From the IMG/VR virus record IMGVR_UViG_3300020356_000001, positions 1 to 64,000 of that record: a stretch of 64,000 bases of DNA; one strand, written 5' to 3'. This document shows positions 54,860-64,000 of the stretch, in pieces. The notes under the pieces are model-generated. The model was not told where the DNA came from and did not search any database. It saw nothing but the letters and a program-made list of their open reading frames with translations. The stretch comes from a virus (taxonomy: Duplodnaviria; Caudoviricetes). The stretch's first letter is position 1, and each line of letters starts with the position of its first letter. The translations under genes were made by a program, and so were the position numbers.

Positions 54860-55592
54860 TAGGTATCTCCGGTTTCCACATTGCAGTCCATGTCTTATGA
54901 TCCATAATCCCGCTTTCTTTTATTAGCATCGTACGTTGTAACATCAACACAGCTTTTAAAGTTTTGCGTCCGTATACCCCGTCGGCTATTCCGCAATTAA
55001 AGTCTAACGAGTTAAGCTTTGATTGCACAACCTTGACGATATCTCCTTTAGATCCTCGTCTTAATGGAGACATACCTACCTGTCTGCCCATGTCATCTAT
55101 GATTGCTTGGATACCAGTCCAGTTAACCTCTGGTTCTGGTGGTTCTTCTGGTCTACCAAGAAAGACTGAGCCTGTTCTGTTGAACCAACTGTTGCCGTTA
55201 CGTGGTTGGAAATGCCACCATTCCCCTTTAACAGTGGGACGTATACCGTACCTGTGAGCAACATTTGTTACTTCATCTGTTGTTATACCTCGTTTAACTA
55301 TACGAAAGTCAACTGCATACGAATATCCGTCCGGTTGTTCTTGATGAAACGACCCACGAAAGAAACCATCCGGTCTTTTCCAATCAGGGTTAGCCGCAAG
55401 GTTACCTTTACCTCTCTTGTAACGGTCGTAGAGGGCCTTCTGAGCGGCGTACGACCTGCAACCTGAACATATTGCCACTTTGTTACCTATGCGCCCGTCA
55501 GAGAAGAAATCCTCTAATCGTTGTACAAACCTAGGGTGCAGTAAACTTAGATCAATGCTCTTATCAGTTACCGGAAGTAGGGGGTTGCTCAT
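54849..55592 (-). CDS. Endolysin: M15 (D,D-peptidase-like) Zn peptidase + peptidoglycan-binding domain
   Basis: SGCRSYAAQ, SFH...AVD, EWWH; LRRGSKG...ADGVYGRKT. Confidence 0.85.
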   Translation of the reverse strand: MSNPLLPVTDKSIDLSLLHPRFVQRLEDFFSDGRIGNKVAICSGCRSYAAQKALYDRYKRGKGNLAANPDWKRPDGFFRGSFHQEQPDGYSYAVDFRIVKRGITTDEVTNVAHRYGIRPTVKGEWWHFQPRNGNSWFNRTGSVFLGRPEEPPEPEVNWTGIQAIIDDMGRQVGMSPLRRGSKGDIVKVVQSKLNSLDFNCGIADGVYGRKTLKAVLMLQRTMLIKESGIMDHKTWTAMWKPEIPIGL

Positions 55593-56562
55593 GGATATCC
55601 TCTGGTTCAGCCGTCGGAGTATACTCTAGTATAAGTCTACCATCATTGTCAGTACTATCCGTGTCAATCATGTGTTGATCTTTACGTTCACCTATCACCA
55701 TCCATTGACAAACTGTTCCTTCATCCCCAGTGATAGTCAGCTTGCATTCATCTAACGACCATTCAACCAGCTTGCCTGATGCTGAAACCATAGACCAAGG
55801 GTTAGTATTCAATGCTTTCCATGTGCCTTCAGCCATACCATACTGTTCATCCATGCAGATAGTTACTGGTTCTGCTCCTAATGTCACAGTGCCTCTGTAT
55901 ATTAGATCAGCATACGGTCCCTCTATGAAAGAGTGGCGTAACCTTTTACCTTCTGTTACTGGGTGGGGTATGTCGAATGACCCGGAACCTTTAGACAATG
56001 AGCCTGTAATAGCTAGATTACCTGAACTGTTAAGTGTCATTAAAGTTGTAATTGAACCAGTATCAGGAGCGTCATACCAATTATGTGCTTGAGCATAAGA
56101 ACCTATTAGACTGGTTCCATCTGCATAATGTGACCAGTAAGTAACAGCTTCTCTACCATTAGTAGTCCCACTATTTAATACACCACTAGCCCAGAAGCAA
56201 CGGCCTCCATAGCTTTGAGAGTTATCGTATTCTCTACCCCATGCGTAAGCACGAATATTATCATTGTGCATTACAGGAGCACCTATTTGTATCTGAGCAT
56301 AGTCACCGTAATTAGTAGGCGATGTCACAGTGCCAGAAATAGAAGAAACATATCCATTATAAATTTGACTGTCATGCCCAGTATCAAACGATACGTAACC
56401 GTAAGCATCAAGAGTATCAAATGGATGATCTATTACACCAAGTTTTATACTGCCTCCGCCATCAGATGATGAGCCTTTGTACTGTGTATAACCACCAGTA
56501 CCTACACGTTGTTGCGCTCTACGTGGAGGCGTACCGTAACCGTAACTAGGGAAAAACCTCAC
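55564..56562 (-). CDS. Tail fiber/spike protein
   Basis: C-terminal KGSGSFDIPHP...LRHSFIEGP...IYRG domain typical of fiber tips. Confidence 0.7.
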   Translation of the reverse strand: MRFFPSYGYGTPPRRAQQRVGTGGYTQYKGSSSDGGGSIKLGVIDHPFDTLDAYGYVSFDTGHDSQIYNGYVSSISGTVTSPTNYGDYAQIQIGAPVMHNDNIRAYAWGREYDNSQSYGGRCFWASGVLNSGTTNGREAVTYWSHYADGTSLIGSYAQAHNWYDAPDTGSITTLMTLNSSGNLAITGSLSKGSGSFDIPHPVTEGKRLRHSFIEGPYADLIYRGTVTLGAEPVTICMDEQYGMAEGTWKALNTNPWSMVSASGKLVEWSLDECKLTITGDEGTVCQWMVIGERKDQHMIDTDSTDNDGRLILEYTPTAEPEDIHEQPPTSGN

Positions 56563-58394
56563 GATCCTTGCACCGTTACAACAGAAACAGTTAACACTCC
56601 TTCAAACCATCCATTGTCATCAGACCATTTACCAATAGATCCCTGTTCATATGACACACCTGCTATATAAACTGTTTTAGATTCGTCACCCATTTTGAAA
56701 GTAACAAGCGAACGATCTTCTAACAGCGAACGTATGTACGTGTAATCATCCCATGTGTCTTGATATATATCACGATTACCATACTGTGTTTGTGTTGTGA
56801 GAATGACAGGTAGTTGTATTACCTCAGCTACGAATGGCATAGGTATAGCACGTACAGTCCATCTGTGTAATGTCGGTGTTGCAGTTGAGCCTGCTCCAGT
56901 CAGTGTGATAGTAGGAGTTATGTATTCTCCTGTCACACCAGAGATAGATTTAATACCTGATGTGTAAGTAGCATCAGTATCAGAAGTTACAGTAGCTGTA
57001 GTTGTATCATCAGAAGTTACTGTGATAGCTACTGCTTCACTTGCCGCAAGACTACTGTGCCGTAGTTCAACAGACACAGGAGCTTTAAGTTCTGTCACAC
57101 CCCACCTGAACCTACCTTCGTCAACACTCCCAGTTGTTAGATAGTTAGCGGATTCTTTGTATACACCTGCGCCACTAATACTGAACAGTAGATTGCCTTG
57201 ATCCATTACTATTCCCTGCACAGCGGCGGTACTACTAGCCACCATAATGTCACTAGCGTAAGCTGGTGTTAAAACATCTGTTAGTTCAGCAAGACTTATC
57301 TTGCCTAATCCTGAACGGGTAGTCGTATCAAACGGGGAATCATAATTGTCCCAGTTGAAGTAAACAAACTCTCCTTGTGGTAGTAGATAATTAACACCAC
57401 CACTTATTTCAACAAGAGGACCATATGTTATGTACCCTTGTCCTTGTATCTGAGCTAGACGTATACCTTTAGAAGTGCCGATAACAAGCAAACCACCATA
57501 CTCTGTGATTGCATTAACTGTTTCACCTACTGGTAGTTCAGCGGCTATAACAGGAACATTCAAAGCAGAAGTCGAATCGTTAATACCTATGTAGTAGATG
57601 CGTCCTTGAACACCTTGGTTGCCAGCCGCGAATATACCTACAGGTGAGCCAACAACAGACACCCAGGAATCAACTTGGTTAAAACTAGAGCTAGCTATAT
57701 CAGCATTAGTACTAGCTACAGAGCCAGAAGAAAGAACAGTAAGCCTGTCAGCTACCGAAGCTATGAGATAACCGTTAGCTACCCACACACCATCAGCGCT
57801 ATTCAACATCCAATGGTCAGTACCATCACTAGAAGTAGCAAATGTAGTTCCAGTTACTTTAACTATCTTCGCATTAGCGGCTGTATGACCTACTACATAA
57901 ACATTAGTACCATCACTAGCTATGCCAAGTATGTCATCGCCACAAGGATTAGTAATTGCAGTAGCAGATCCAAACGAATTAGAAGAAGCCTGTATATTAG
58001 GACCGTCACACATATAAGCATATGAAGTGCCACCAGATTTAGCTGTAGCCATATACAGATTCGTAGAACCATCAGACCAAGCACGGTCTGTGTCTTTCAA
58101 TAAAGTAAGTTCATTCTTAACCCACACGTTGACACCAGTGGATTGGTAAAACCTTCTCAACCCAGACTCAGGAGTATCAGACTCACGCTGACCACCACCC
58201 AACTCCCAATCATCACGGCTACGTTTCCAAACACCAGCCTGATTCAAAGACTGCTCACCGGGAGTACCCTGTGTGTCAAGCCCTTGTCGTATAGGGTCAA
58301 CCGTTGCTCTTGCTAATCGGCTAACATCTATATTATAACGGCGGTTACCTAAACGAATAGGGAGCGCATCACGAACAGATTGGTGAAGGGTCAT
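56559..58394 (-). CDS. Tail nozzle / tubular protein B-like (phage B)
   Basis: 611 aa, beta-rich; follows the adaptor. Confidence 0.65.
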   Translation of the reverse strand: MTLHQSVRDALPIRLGNRRYNIDVSRLARATVDPIRQGLDTQGTPGEQSLNQAGVWKRSRDDWELGGGQRESDTPESGLRRFYQSTGVNVWVKNELTLLKDTDRAWSDGSTNLYMATAKSGGTSYAYMCDGPNIQASSNSFGSATAITNPCGDDILGIASDGTNVYVVGHTAANAKIVKVTGTTFATSSDGTDHWMLNSADGVWVANGYLIASVADRLTVLSSGSVASTNADIASSSFNQVDSWVSVVGSPVGIFAAGNQGVQGRIYYIGINDSTSALNVPVIAAELPVGETVNAITEYGGLLVIGTSKGIRLAQIQGQGYITYGPLVEISGGVNYLLPQGEFVYFNWDNYDSPFDTTTRSGLGKISLAELTDVLTPAYASDIMVASSTAAVQGIVMDQGNLLFSISGAGVYKESANYLTTGSVDEGRFRWGVTELKAPVSVELRHSSLAASEAVAITVTSDDTTTATVTSDTDATYTSGIKSISGVTGEYITPTITLTGAGSTATPTLHRWTVRAIPMPFVAEVIQLPVILTTQTQYGNRDIYQDTWDDYTYIRSLLEDRSLVTFKMGDESKTVYIAGVSYEQGSIGKWSDDNGWFEGVLTVSVVTVQGS

Positions 58395-58396
58395 GT

Positions 58397-59329
58397 CTAA
58401 CGAAGAGTGGTCGGAAAGACTGAAGAACCGGCAGAACCAGTCCTCACGCCGTAAAGAGACATTAACCGACGAGCTTCCTCACTTACCCGACGATCATATT
58501 GCGCCTGTAATACCAATGAATACCTCGCCCGATCTCCGGGATTCAATGCTCCGTCACCCCTCGAATCACCAGCGGAATGAAGGTCAAGCCGCAGACTTTC
58601 TTCTCCAAGAACAAGCCGTGCCGCTCCTCCTAATGCTGGAATATCACGCATCGAATCCTGCATTCCGACAGTGGTGTCAAGACGAGTACCCATATCTAAT
58701 GCACTTACTGTAAACGGATGAGCATAACGCATGTTCACAGTTACAGCTTTCTCAATACCTTCTTGCCTGATTACTTTAAATGTTCCATCTGTTTGTCTTT
58801 GAACTGTCACATTCATATTAAGTAAACGATCTTCAGAACTACGTGCAGTACGAGTAGCAGAAATAATATGATAAAACCCTGTACTCGCTAGGTCAGTGGC
58901 AGTTACAGATTGAGTGCTAGTGCTGGCAAATGTCACACTTGTAGTTCCAACTGCATAAAGATTATTAGGTAATGAATAAATAGAATCACGAACTGCTTCT
59001 AATATTTGGAACCCAGTGAAACGTGGTTCTACTTCTATTTTAGAATCAGCAGTCCAGGCATAGCCAGCACTCCCATCTATGCCACGTTGAACAGTTGCAT
59101 ACTCACCGTTACGAGCATGAACATACATGGTTTCTGGAGGGTTGGTTCCATCTTCTACAGAGATATAGGAACCTGCACGAATACCATCGGTCTGATATTT
59201 CAATCGTATCGTTGTATCACTAGCACTAATGGTTGTATGAATAGCGTCTAATTCAGTACGAGTATTACTATTTAATAACCTTTTTGTGTGTGTAACACAA
59301 TCAGCGATGGTAGGTGCGGTATAAGACAT
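58397..59329 (-). CDS. Head-tail adaptor-like protein (phage B)
   Basis: 310 aa directly downstream of the MCP. Confidence 0.6.
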   Translation of the reverse strand: MSYTAPTIADCVTHTKRLLNSNTRTELDAIHTTISASDTTIRLKYQTDGIRAGSYISVEDGTNPPETMYVHARNGEYATVQRGIDGSAGYAWTADSKIEVEPRFTGFQILEAVRDSIYSLPNNLYAVGTTSVTFASTSTQSVTATDLASTGFYHIISATRTARSSEDRLLNMNVTVQRQTDGTFKVIRQEGIEKAVTVNMRYAHPFTVSALDMGTRLDTTVGMQDSMRDIPALGGAARLVLGEESLRLDLHSAGDSRGDGALNPGDRARYSLVLQAQYDRRVSEEARRLMSLYGVRTGSAGSSVFPTTLR

Positions 59330-59352
59330 ACTTTGATATTAGCGCGTTGAGA

Positions 59353-59375
59353 GGGGTGAGGCTATGCCCCACCCC
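59353..59375 (-). terminator. Hairpin after the MCP (partial terminator)
   Basis: GGGGTGGGGC-ATA-GCCTCACCCC on the minus strand; no U-tract. Confidence 0.45.
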
Positions 59376-59397
59376 CAACAACTTGTTAATACGGTAC

Positions 59398-60573
59398 TTA
59401 GTCCGAGTATCCTGTTAAGGTAGTGAACTTGCCCATATGCTGTTCGCCCTTCACTTGAAGGCCCTCTTCACATACGATTTGTACCTTGTCGCTGTCGCCT
59501 GTTTTAGCGAGAGCCTCGACAACGAGAGGTTGCATAACTCTACGAGAGATGCCATCCTTCGCGACCAAGAACGCTGTCTCAGCGTGACACCAACGGTTCC
59601 TGAGCATCTGTGTTTCACCAAACTCGGTGAAGACGGATGCTACAGGTACACGGCCACGGCGAGGATCATCAATGACTGTGCGTACACGGCCACTATCTGA
59701 TACTGCGTTGAGTGTAGCAAACGAGGCAGGGTTAGCGATCAAAAGATCTGGCATACCGCCTGCGTTGTAGCATTTCTGCTGTAGTGCTTCCAATGCGGCG
59801 ACAGTCAACGTGGTTGTTGTATCGGTATTGGAAGTAATGTGGTAGTTAAGCCCACCAGTTGAACGACGCTTGTTTGAAGTGTCATTGTTGTACTGACCAT
59901 ACAAGAAAGCCTGTTCACGAGTTATCACGTTCTCAACTGAGCGGCCATAAACTTGCTTGGCGAACTCATCAGATACACCATAACGTGATACCTGCTGTTC
60001 AGTACGTGACATGTGGATAGGGGTAGGTCCGAAGATTTGGGTGCAGTTTGTGCGGATCGTGCGATCTGCTGAACGTGCTTCTCCCGGATCGGAACCTTCA
60101 ACCAATGCAGTACCTACACAGATAACTGTGTCTGCATGTGCGGCTGTTGTTGCTGGCCAATCAGCAGAGTTTGCCCAGTCAGCAAGAGTCAAAACACCAG
60201 CGGTGTTGTTGACATGCGTAACGCGCTTTACTGCCGCATTAACGGCGGCATCTGCTTCACCTATGGTGATTAGGTCATCAACTTGGAATTTATACGAGTC
60301 TGCGGCAGATACAGTAACATCGGTTGCTCCTGCTCCTGCGGCTCCTGTATCGGTTACGGTTGCACGAGGAATCAAAAGTTCTTCGTCCATCCATTTAAAC
60401 TCTTGCTGATCTACGGGAGAACTGCCAAGAAGTTGCCTTCCATCAGTTCCAATACCGTTGATAAACGGAGAGTCTGTGGGTGAAATCATGTAAATGAGTT
60501 CATCCATGTTGATCTTAACGCCAACGGCAAGATCATATGAGGTTACTTTACCTCCATAGCCAACTATAGCCAT
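59398..60573 (-). CDS. Major capsid protein (phage B; DUF5309/SU10-like)
   Basis: ISPTDSPF, EFKWMDEEL, ALVEGSD, NCTQIF, RSTGGL, GDSDKVQIVCE.GL. Confidence 0.85.
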   Translation of the reverse strand: MAIVGYGGKVTSYDLAVGVKINMDELIYMISPTDSPFINGIGTDGRQLLGSSPVDQQEFKWMDEELLIPRATVTDTGAAGAGATDVTVSAADSYKFQVDDLITIGEADAAVNAAVKRVTHVNNTAGVLTLADWANSADWPATTAAHADTVICVGTALVEGSDPGEARSADRTIRTNCTQIFGPTPIHMSRTEQQVSRYGVSDEFAKQVYGRSVENVITREQAFLYGQYNNDTSNKRRSTGGLNYHITSNTDTTTTLTVAALEALQQKCYNAGGMPDLLIANPASFATLNAVSDSGRVRTVIDDPRRGRVPVASVFTEFGETQMLRNRWCHAETAFLVAKDGISRRVMQPLVVEALAKTGDSDKVQIVCEEGLQVKGEQHMGKFTTLTGYSD

Positions 60574-60585
60574 GTTATCGCTCCT

Positions 60586-60954
60586 TTAATTAGTAGTGGA
60601 TTGTCTGTTCTTTCTGTCCCGCAACAGCCCTTCATACTTTGAGCGATTATCAGCAAATTCTTTAATAGGTATGGTTGAACCATCAGCCTTACGGTATGGG
60701 ACAAAAGACCCATCCGCCCTATGTTCACCGGCTCTTCCTTTTTCCCAATTAGGCTCTGCCTTTCTTGGAGGAATCTTATTCCGTCCCCTGTTCGGAGTAG
60801 CATCAGCGGTTAAAGCTGGTGACTGAAGAATCCGCTTCGCGGAATCCTTGCCACAATGTGGGCAAACCTTTACAGGTTCGTCCTTCATGCTTTGTACTAA
60901 CTCCCAAAGAGAGGGAGGAGTACACCCCTTACATTCGTAAACATATGTAGGCAT
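60586..60954 (-). CDS. FmdB-family zinc-ribbon protein
   Basis: MPTYVYECKGC...SMKDEPVKVCPHCGK...RILQ. Confidence 0.85.
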   Translation of the reverse strand: MPTYVYECKGCTPPSLWELVQSMKDEPVKVCPHCGKDSAKRILQSPALTADATPNRGRNKIPPRKAEPNWEKGRAGEHRADGSFVPYRKADGSTIPIKEFADNRSKYEGLLRDRKNRQSTTN

Positions 60955-61427
60955 TAGTCAGATAAGACTCGTTCGTCGTTTTGACTAGCGGCTTCAAGAA
61001 CAGTGTGTACAAATCTTGCCGCCGAATCTTCCTTCGGCGTACCTGCATCATACGCTTTTTTAAATTCTTGGAACCCTTGTTCATAAGGACTTTGAGTAGT
61101 TGCTTCTACTGAAACACTTTCATCAGCTAAAAGTTTTCTCTCTTCCATTACTTTAACGTCAGTCTCATTAACAATTTCCTTCGCCGGTTCCGGTTCTACA
61201 ACGGGATCCGGGGACGGAGCTAGTTCCTGCCACTCACTTTTAATAGAGTCTGTATCCAGTTCTCCATCATAAGCTTTGAATAAGAGTTGCCCTGCTTTTG
61301 AATCAGTATCAACACCTGCTTTCATAAAAGCTACCTCTCGTTTAAGTAGATCACGTTCAGCTATTGCTTCTTTACCACGATCTGCCGCATCTCGAAGTTC
61401 TTTTATGCCACCAGTTTCATCTTCCAT
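60954..61427 (-). CDS. Scaffolding protein (phage B)
   Basis: AAGGAG RBS before MEDETGG; acidic; LKREVAFMKAGVD; upstream of the MCP. Confidence 0.7.
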   Translation of the reverse strand: MEDETGGIKELRDAADRGKEAIAERDLLKREVAFMKAGVDTDSKAGQLLFKAYDGELDTDSIKSEWQELAPSPDPVVEPEPAKEIVNETDVKVMEERKLLADESVSVEATTQSPYEQGFQEFKKAYDAGTPKEDSAARFVHTVLEAASQNDERVLSD

Positions 61428-61621
61428 ATCTACACTCCTTTGCTGTCGCACATAGTCGGAGGAACTATGCGGTGCGTGACTAAATTTGTCTCCCCAGTCG
61501 TCACTAGCTGGTTCAACCTCCACTACATACTCATCAGGTGCGTGGGTAATCCCGACGGCTATAGCACACACCCGGCCAGTAATAGCTCGCAGGCGGCCAA
61601 TAAGATTATTATAACCTAATA

Positions 61622-61867
61622 TCAGTCAGGATCAAGGAATATGCACTCTCCAGGGCATTCTTCTGCCGCTTCAATAACACTTTCTAACAAGTGGTCAGGT
61701 ACTTTAACTGACTCTCCCATACGGTGAGTGGGTTCTTTAGGTACAGGAGTGCCTACTTCTCTTACATAAAACAAGCCGTCATCATGCCCAAAGAATACAT
61801 CGGGTGCTATCTCTTCGCACAAGCCATCGCCTGTGCATAAGTCTTGGTCGATCCAAACTTTTGGCAT
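61622..61867 (-). CDS. Ferredoxin (CxxDxxC...CP)
   Basis: DQDLCTGDGLCEEIAP...AAEECPGECI; ortholog of 10360-10602. Confidence 0.9.
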   Translation of the reverse strand: MPKVWIDQDLCTGDGLCEEIAPDVFFGHDDGLFYVREVGTPVPKEPTHRMGESVKVPDHLLESVIEAAEECPGECIFLDPD

Positions 61868-62049
61868 TAACCGGGATGATTCTGTATGAACTGCTCGTAT
61901 TTTTCTGGGCTATCTAGAACTATTGTGGTGTAAGAATACTTAGCGCTGTCATCACCCTTACCTAAAGTAACAGTGATCGTTCCGATTAAAGTACCTACAG
62001 CTACTAACAAGGCTGTTATAGCAGTAATGAGCTTAACAGTCTTATTCAT
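61867..62049 (-). CDS. Conserved single-TM peptide next to ferredoxin
   Basis: Ortholog of 10181-10360. Confidence 0.8.
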   Translation of the reverse strand: MNKTVKLITAITALLVAVGTLIGTITVTLGKGDDSAKYSYTTIVLDSPEKYEQFIQNHPG

Positions 62050-62518
62050 TTTCGTTGTAGAATTTCTCTCCCCACGCTTTACTTTGGATAGCTTCTTCAG
62101 CTAGATAGATACGATCCCAGATCGTACTAAATTCTGAAGGAACCCAAGCCATAGAAGCAATGATCTCTTTCATCTCATCAACATCATCTCTGATTACTTC
62201 TAAGTCAGCCGCCATAGCGCTTGTAATGTGAGCAGGAGTAAAACGGCTAAGGTCATCGACCCTAGCGCTCCGCAAATCATCAAGACCGCCAGCATTTTCC
62301 ATGACACCTTGAGATATTTCATCAAGTTTTGCCAAAACTGTACTGTCTGTCCCAGTGTTTCCTTCAATTACCTGCACCTGTTTTTCCAAATCATCTATCC
62401 TACCAGCGATACTAGCCGCATTCCATACGACTACTCCACTGGTGATAGCCACGGACATGATAAGTCCGAGGGTTATCCTAGATACTTTGACTTGCTTCAG
62501 GTCGGTAATGTCAGTCAT
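62042..62518 (-). CDS. TM + coiled-coil protein (homolog of 36008-36436)
   Basis: VSRITLGLIMSVA...NTGTDSTVLAKLDEI. Confidence 0.75.
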   Translation of the reverse strand: MTDITDLKQVKVSRITLGLIMSVAITSGVVVWNAASIAGRIDDLEKQVQVIEGNTGTDSTVLAKLDEISQGVMENAGGLDDLRSARVDDLSRFTPAHITSAMAADLEVIRDDVDEMKEIIASMAWVPSEFSTIWDRIYLAEEAIQSKAWGEKFYNENE

Positions 62519-62817
62519 TATTGAGAGCTTAACTTTTTTCTAATAGCGTTTTTTGCTTTAGTTCTTGCTAGTTGTTGTGCAGTACTAACACGATTTGATT
62601 TGCCGCCCTTTGAATATCTATCAAAAAAACCTTTACGAGCCATAGCTACTTCTAAAGGCAACTCGCTAGGTTTTGAAGCTTTATAATTTTTGCTTCTAAC
62701 AGACTTACTTGGCATACCGCCACGCTCACCCGGATCTCTAGTTTTCCCAGAGTATCTATGCCCTAAAGCAATAGCGGCATTATGGCCGAATACTTTTTTT
62801 CTAGCCTTTCTAACCAT
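62518..62817 (-). CDS. Highly basic protein
   Basis: 99 aa, K/R-rich, coupled. Confidence 0.65.
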   Translation of the reverse strand: MVRKARKKVFGHNAAIALGHRYSGKTRDPGERGGMPSKSVRSKNYKASKPSELPLEVAMARKGFFDRYSKGGKSNRVSTAQQLARTKAKNAIRKKLSSQ

Positions 62818-63005
62818 TAGCTTGCCGCTGAAGCTGATCCGTCACCAAACTGCTTGGCAACAACGCTCTTAACAAGGCTGAGAACAGCAGTAGCTCCTGC
62901 AAGTCCAGCCGCTTTCATGCTTCCCATGTCACCAATGGTGAACACAGCAAGGAATGACTGCGCGAATGTGGCAATCACTCTCTCAAGTACGTCTTTGTTA
63001 AACAT
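62817..63005 (-). CDS. Putative holin
   Basis: DVLERVIATFAQSFLA...AAGLAGATAVLSLVKS; homolog of 23262-23438. Confidence 0.7.
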   Translation of the reverse strand: MFNKDVLERVIATFAQSFLAVFTIGDMGSMKAAGLAGATAVLSLVKSVVAKQFGDGSASAAS

Positions 63006-63088
63006 TATTTACGTTTACCTTTCTTTACCTTCTTGTATGGTACTTTCTTAGCCTTCCCTTTGGAAGAGCTAGTTGCATATTTAGGCAT
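63005..63088 (-). CDS. Lys-rich basic peptide (27 aa; not in ORF track)
   Basis: AGGAG RBS; MPKYATSSSKGKAKKVPYKKVKKGKRK. Confidence 0.6.
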   Translation of the reverse strand: MPKYATSSSKGKAKKVPYKKVKKGKRK

Positions 63089-63096
63089 ATATTCTC

Positions 63097-64000
63097 CTAT
63101 CTATTTGCGCTCCCGAATCCAGTAGCACCTCTTTGCCCTACGACAGCACCACCTCCACCACCGAAAGCGGCTCCACGTTCTTCAATTCTTTGTTCAACTG
63201 TATTCATAGCTCCTGTATCAACACCGAATGCAGATGCGACACCTTCTGTTTCAATTCTCAAATCAGTATCTTCAGTTATTTTTTCAGCGTACAAAAGTTC
63301 CTGCCTTGACAAATCTCTGAACTGGCGGTACTGAGCTTCCTGAGTCATACCAAGATTAGCTATATTCTTAGCGACACCTTTAGTTATACGCTCACCTAAA
63401 ATCTGGTCAGCCGCCGCTTGAGTGTAAGCTTCCTTAGCTACCTGTTCCAAATCAGTGAAGTCCTTATTAGGATCAAGAAGAACACTAGCTAACATGCCGT
63501 CACCAGCTTGACCGTACTCGCTCATAAACCAACTCTTAACATCAACAGGTGCGTTAAGAATCTCATCGTAAGCTATCTGCAAACGATCACGAACCTGCTG
63601 GATACTAATGTTCCCACCCATAAGTGTAGTAACAAGAGTATCAACATTACCTACAGTCTCTCCGGGTAACCATTTGTCAACGAGTTCACGTAACGAATCT
63701 TCGTACATGATGTACTCGTCAGGTGAGGGAGGGCCATAGCCTGCGTCAATAGCGGCTTGCATTCCGGGAAAGCGAGCTTTGAATTGTGGCTGGTCCATGA
63801 TTAAAAGAAGTATTGAATCTGGTGGTACTCCTGCTTGTATCTGTGTCTGCACCCAACCTGCTAATCCTGATACTTCATCGGCTGAGAAACCCCATCGTCT
63901 AAGTGTGGATGTGATTACTGCTGTGTCACCGGGAGTTCCTTTAGTGTCAGTAGTAGTACTGCTTTGAGCGCCACCACCACCTTCACCACCATATATTGGA
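63097..64000 (-). CDS. Internal virion protein-like (5' end outside the window)
   Basis: Frame of the 251-aa ORF stays open to the window end. Confidence 0.6.
   Translation of the reverse strand, partial: PIYGGEGGGGAQSSTTTDTKGTPGDTAVITSTLRRWGFSADEVSGLAGWVQTQIQAGVPPDSILLLIMDQPQFKARFPGMQAAIDAGYGPPSPDEYIMYEDSLRELVDKWLPGETVGNVDTLVTTLMGGNISIQQVRDRLQIAYDEILNAPVDVKSWFMSEYGQAGDGMLASVLLDPNKDFTDLEQVAKEAYTQAAADQILGERITKGVAKNIANLGMTQEAQYRQFRDLSRQELLYAEKITEDTDLRIETEGVASAFGVDTGAMNTVEQRIEERGAAFGGGGGAVVGQRGATGFGSANR

Overview
The window is entirely bacteriophage DNA, and it appears to hold two related short-tailed (podovirus-like) phage genomes joined end to end. Phage A (1-38276) looks like a complete, circularly permuted ~38.3 kb genome, because bases 1-110 recur at 38277-38386 with only 3 mismatches. 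It has a minus-strand packaging/head/tail arm (TerS, split TerL, portal, scaffold, MCP, adaptor, nozzle), a plus-strand early/replication arm (DUF932-like protein, PD-(D/E)XK nuclease, SF4 helicase, AEP primase, RusA-like resolvase, sigma70-r4-like HTH), and a second minus-strand arm (amidase, holin, 2657-aa and 857-aa ejection-type proteins, tail proteins). I recognised no DNA polymerase or integrase in it. Phage B (about 38277-64000, partial) has its own tail cassette, a 2.7 kb hairpin- and repeat-rich control region, an early arm (SSB, Cas4-like nuclease, DpdA/TGT-like protein, Gp3-like recombination protein, NinG-like nuclease) and a late arm with a different MCP, an M15 endolysin and a metallophosphoesterase. 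The ferredoxin, holin, Gp3-like and TGT-like genes point to an actinobacterial host, probably Acidimicrobiia (inference). The most unusual signals are non-coding. (i) A ~160-nt structured element is shared by both phages with compensatory base changes. (ii) Four long hairpins with different stems but the same 13-nt loop (TGAAYRAARTGAA) each precede an early gene. (iii) Both phages carry a D-arm-less tRNA-like element near the shared element. (iv) A cluster of C(GNA)G triloop DNA mini-hairpins lies in the phage B control region. Also notable are a ferredoxin + membrane-peptide pair conserved in both phages in swapped order, a CxxC-tailed acidic mini-protein, and a HipA/PI3K-like kinase domain inside the giant ejection protein. 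All family assignments come from motif recognition by eye; no database search was run.
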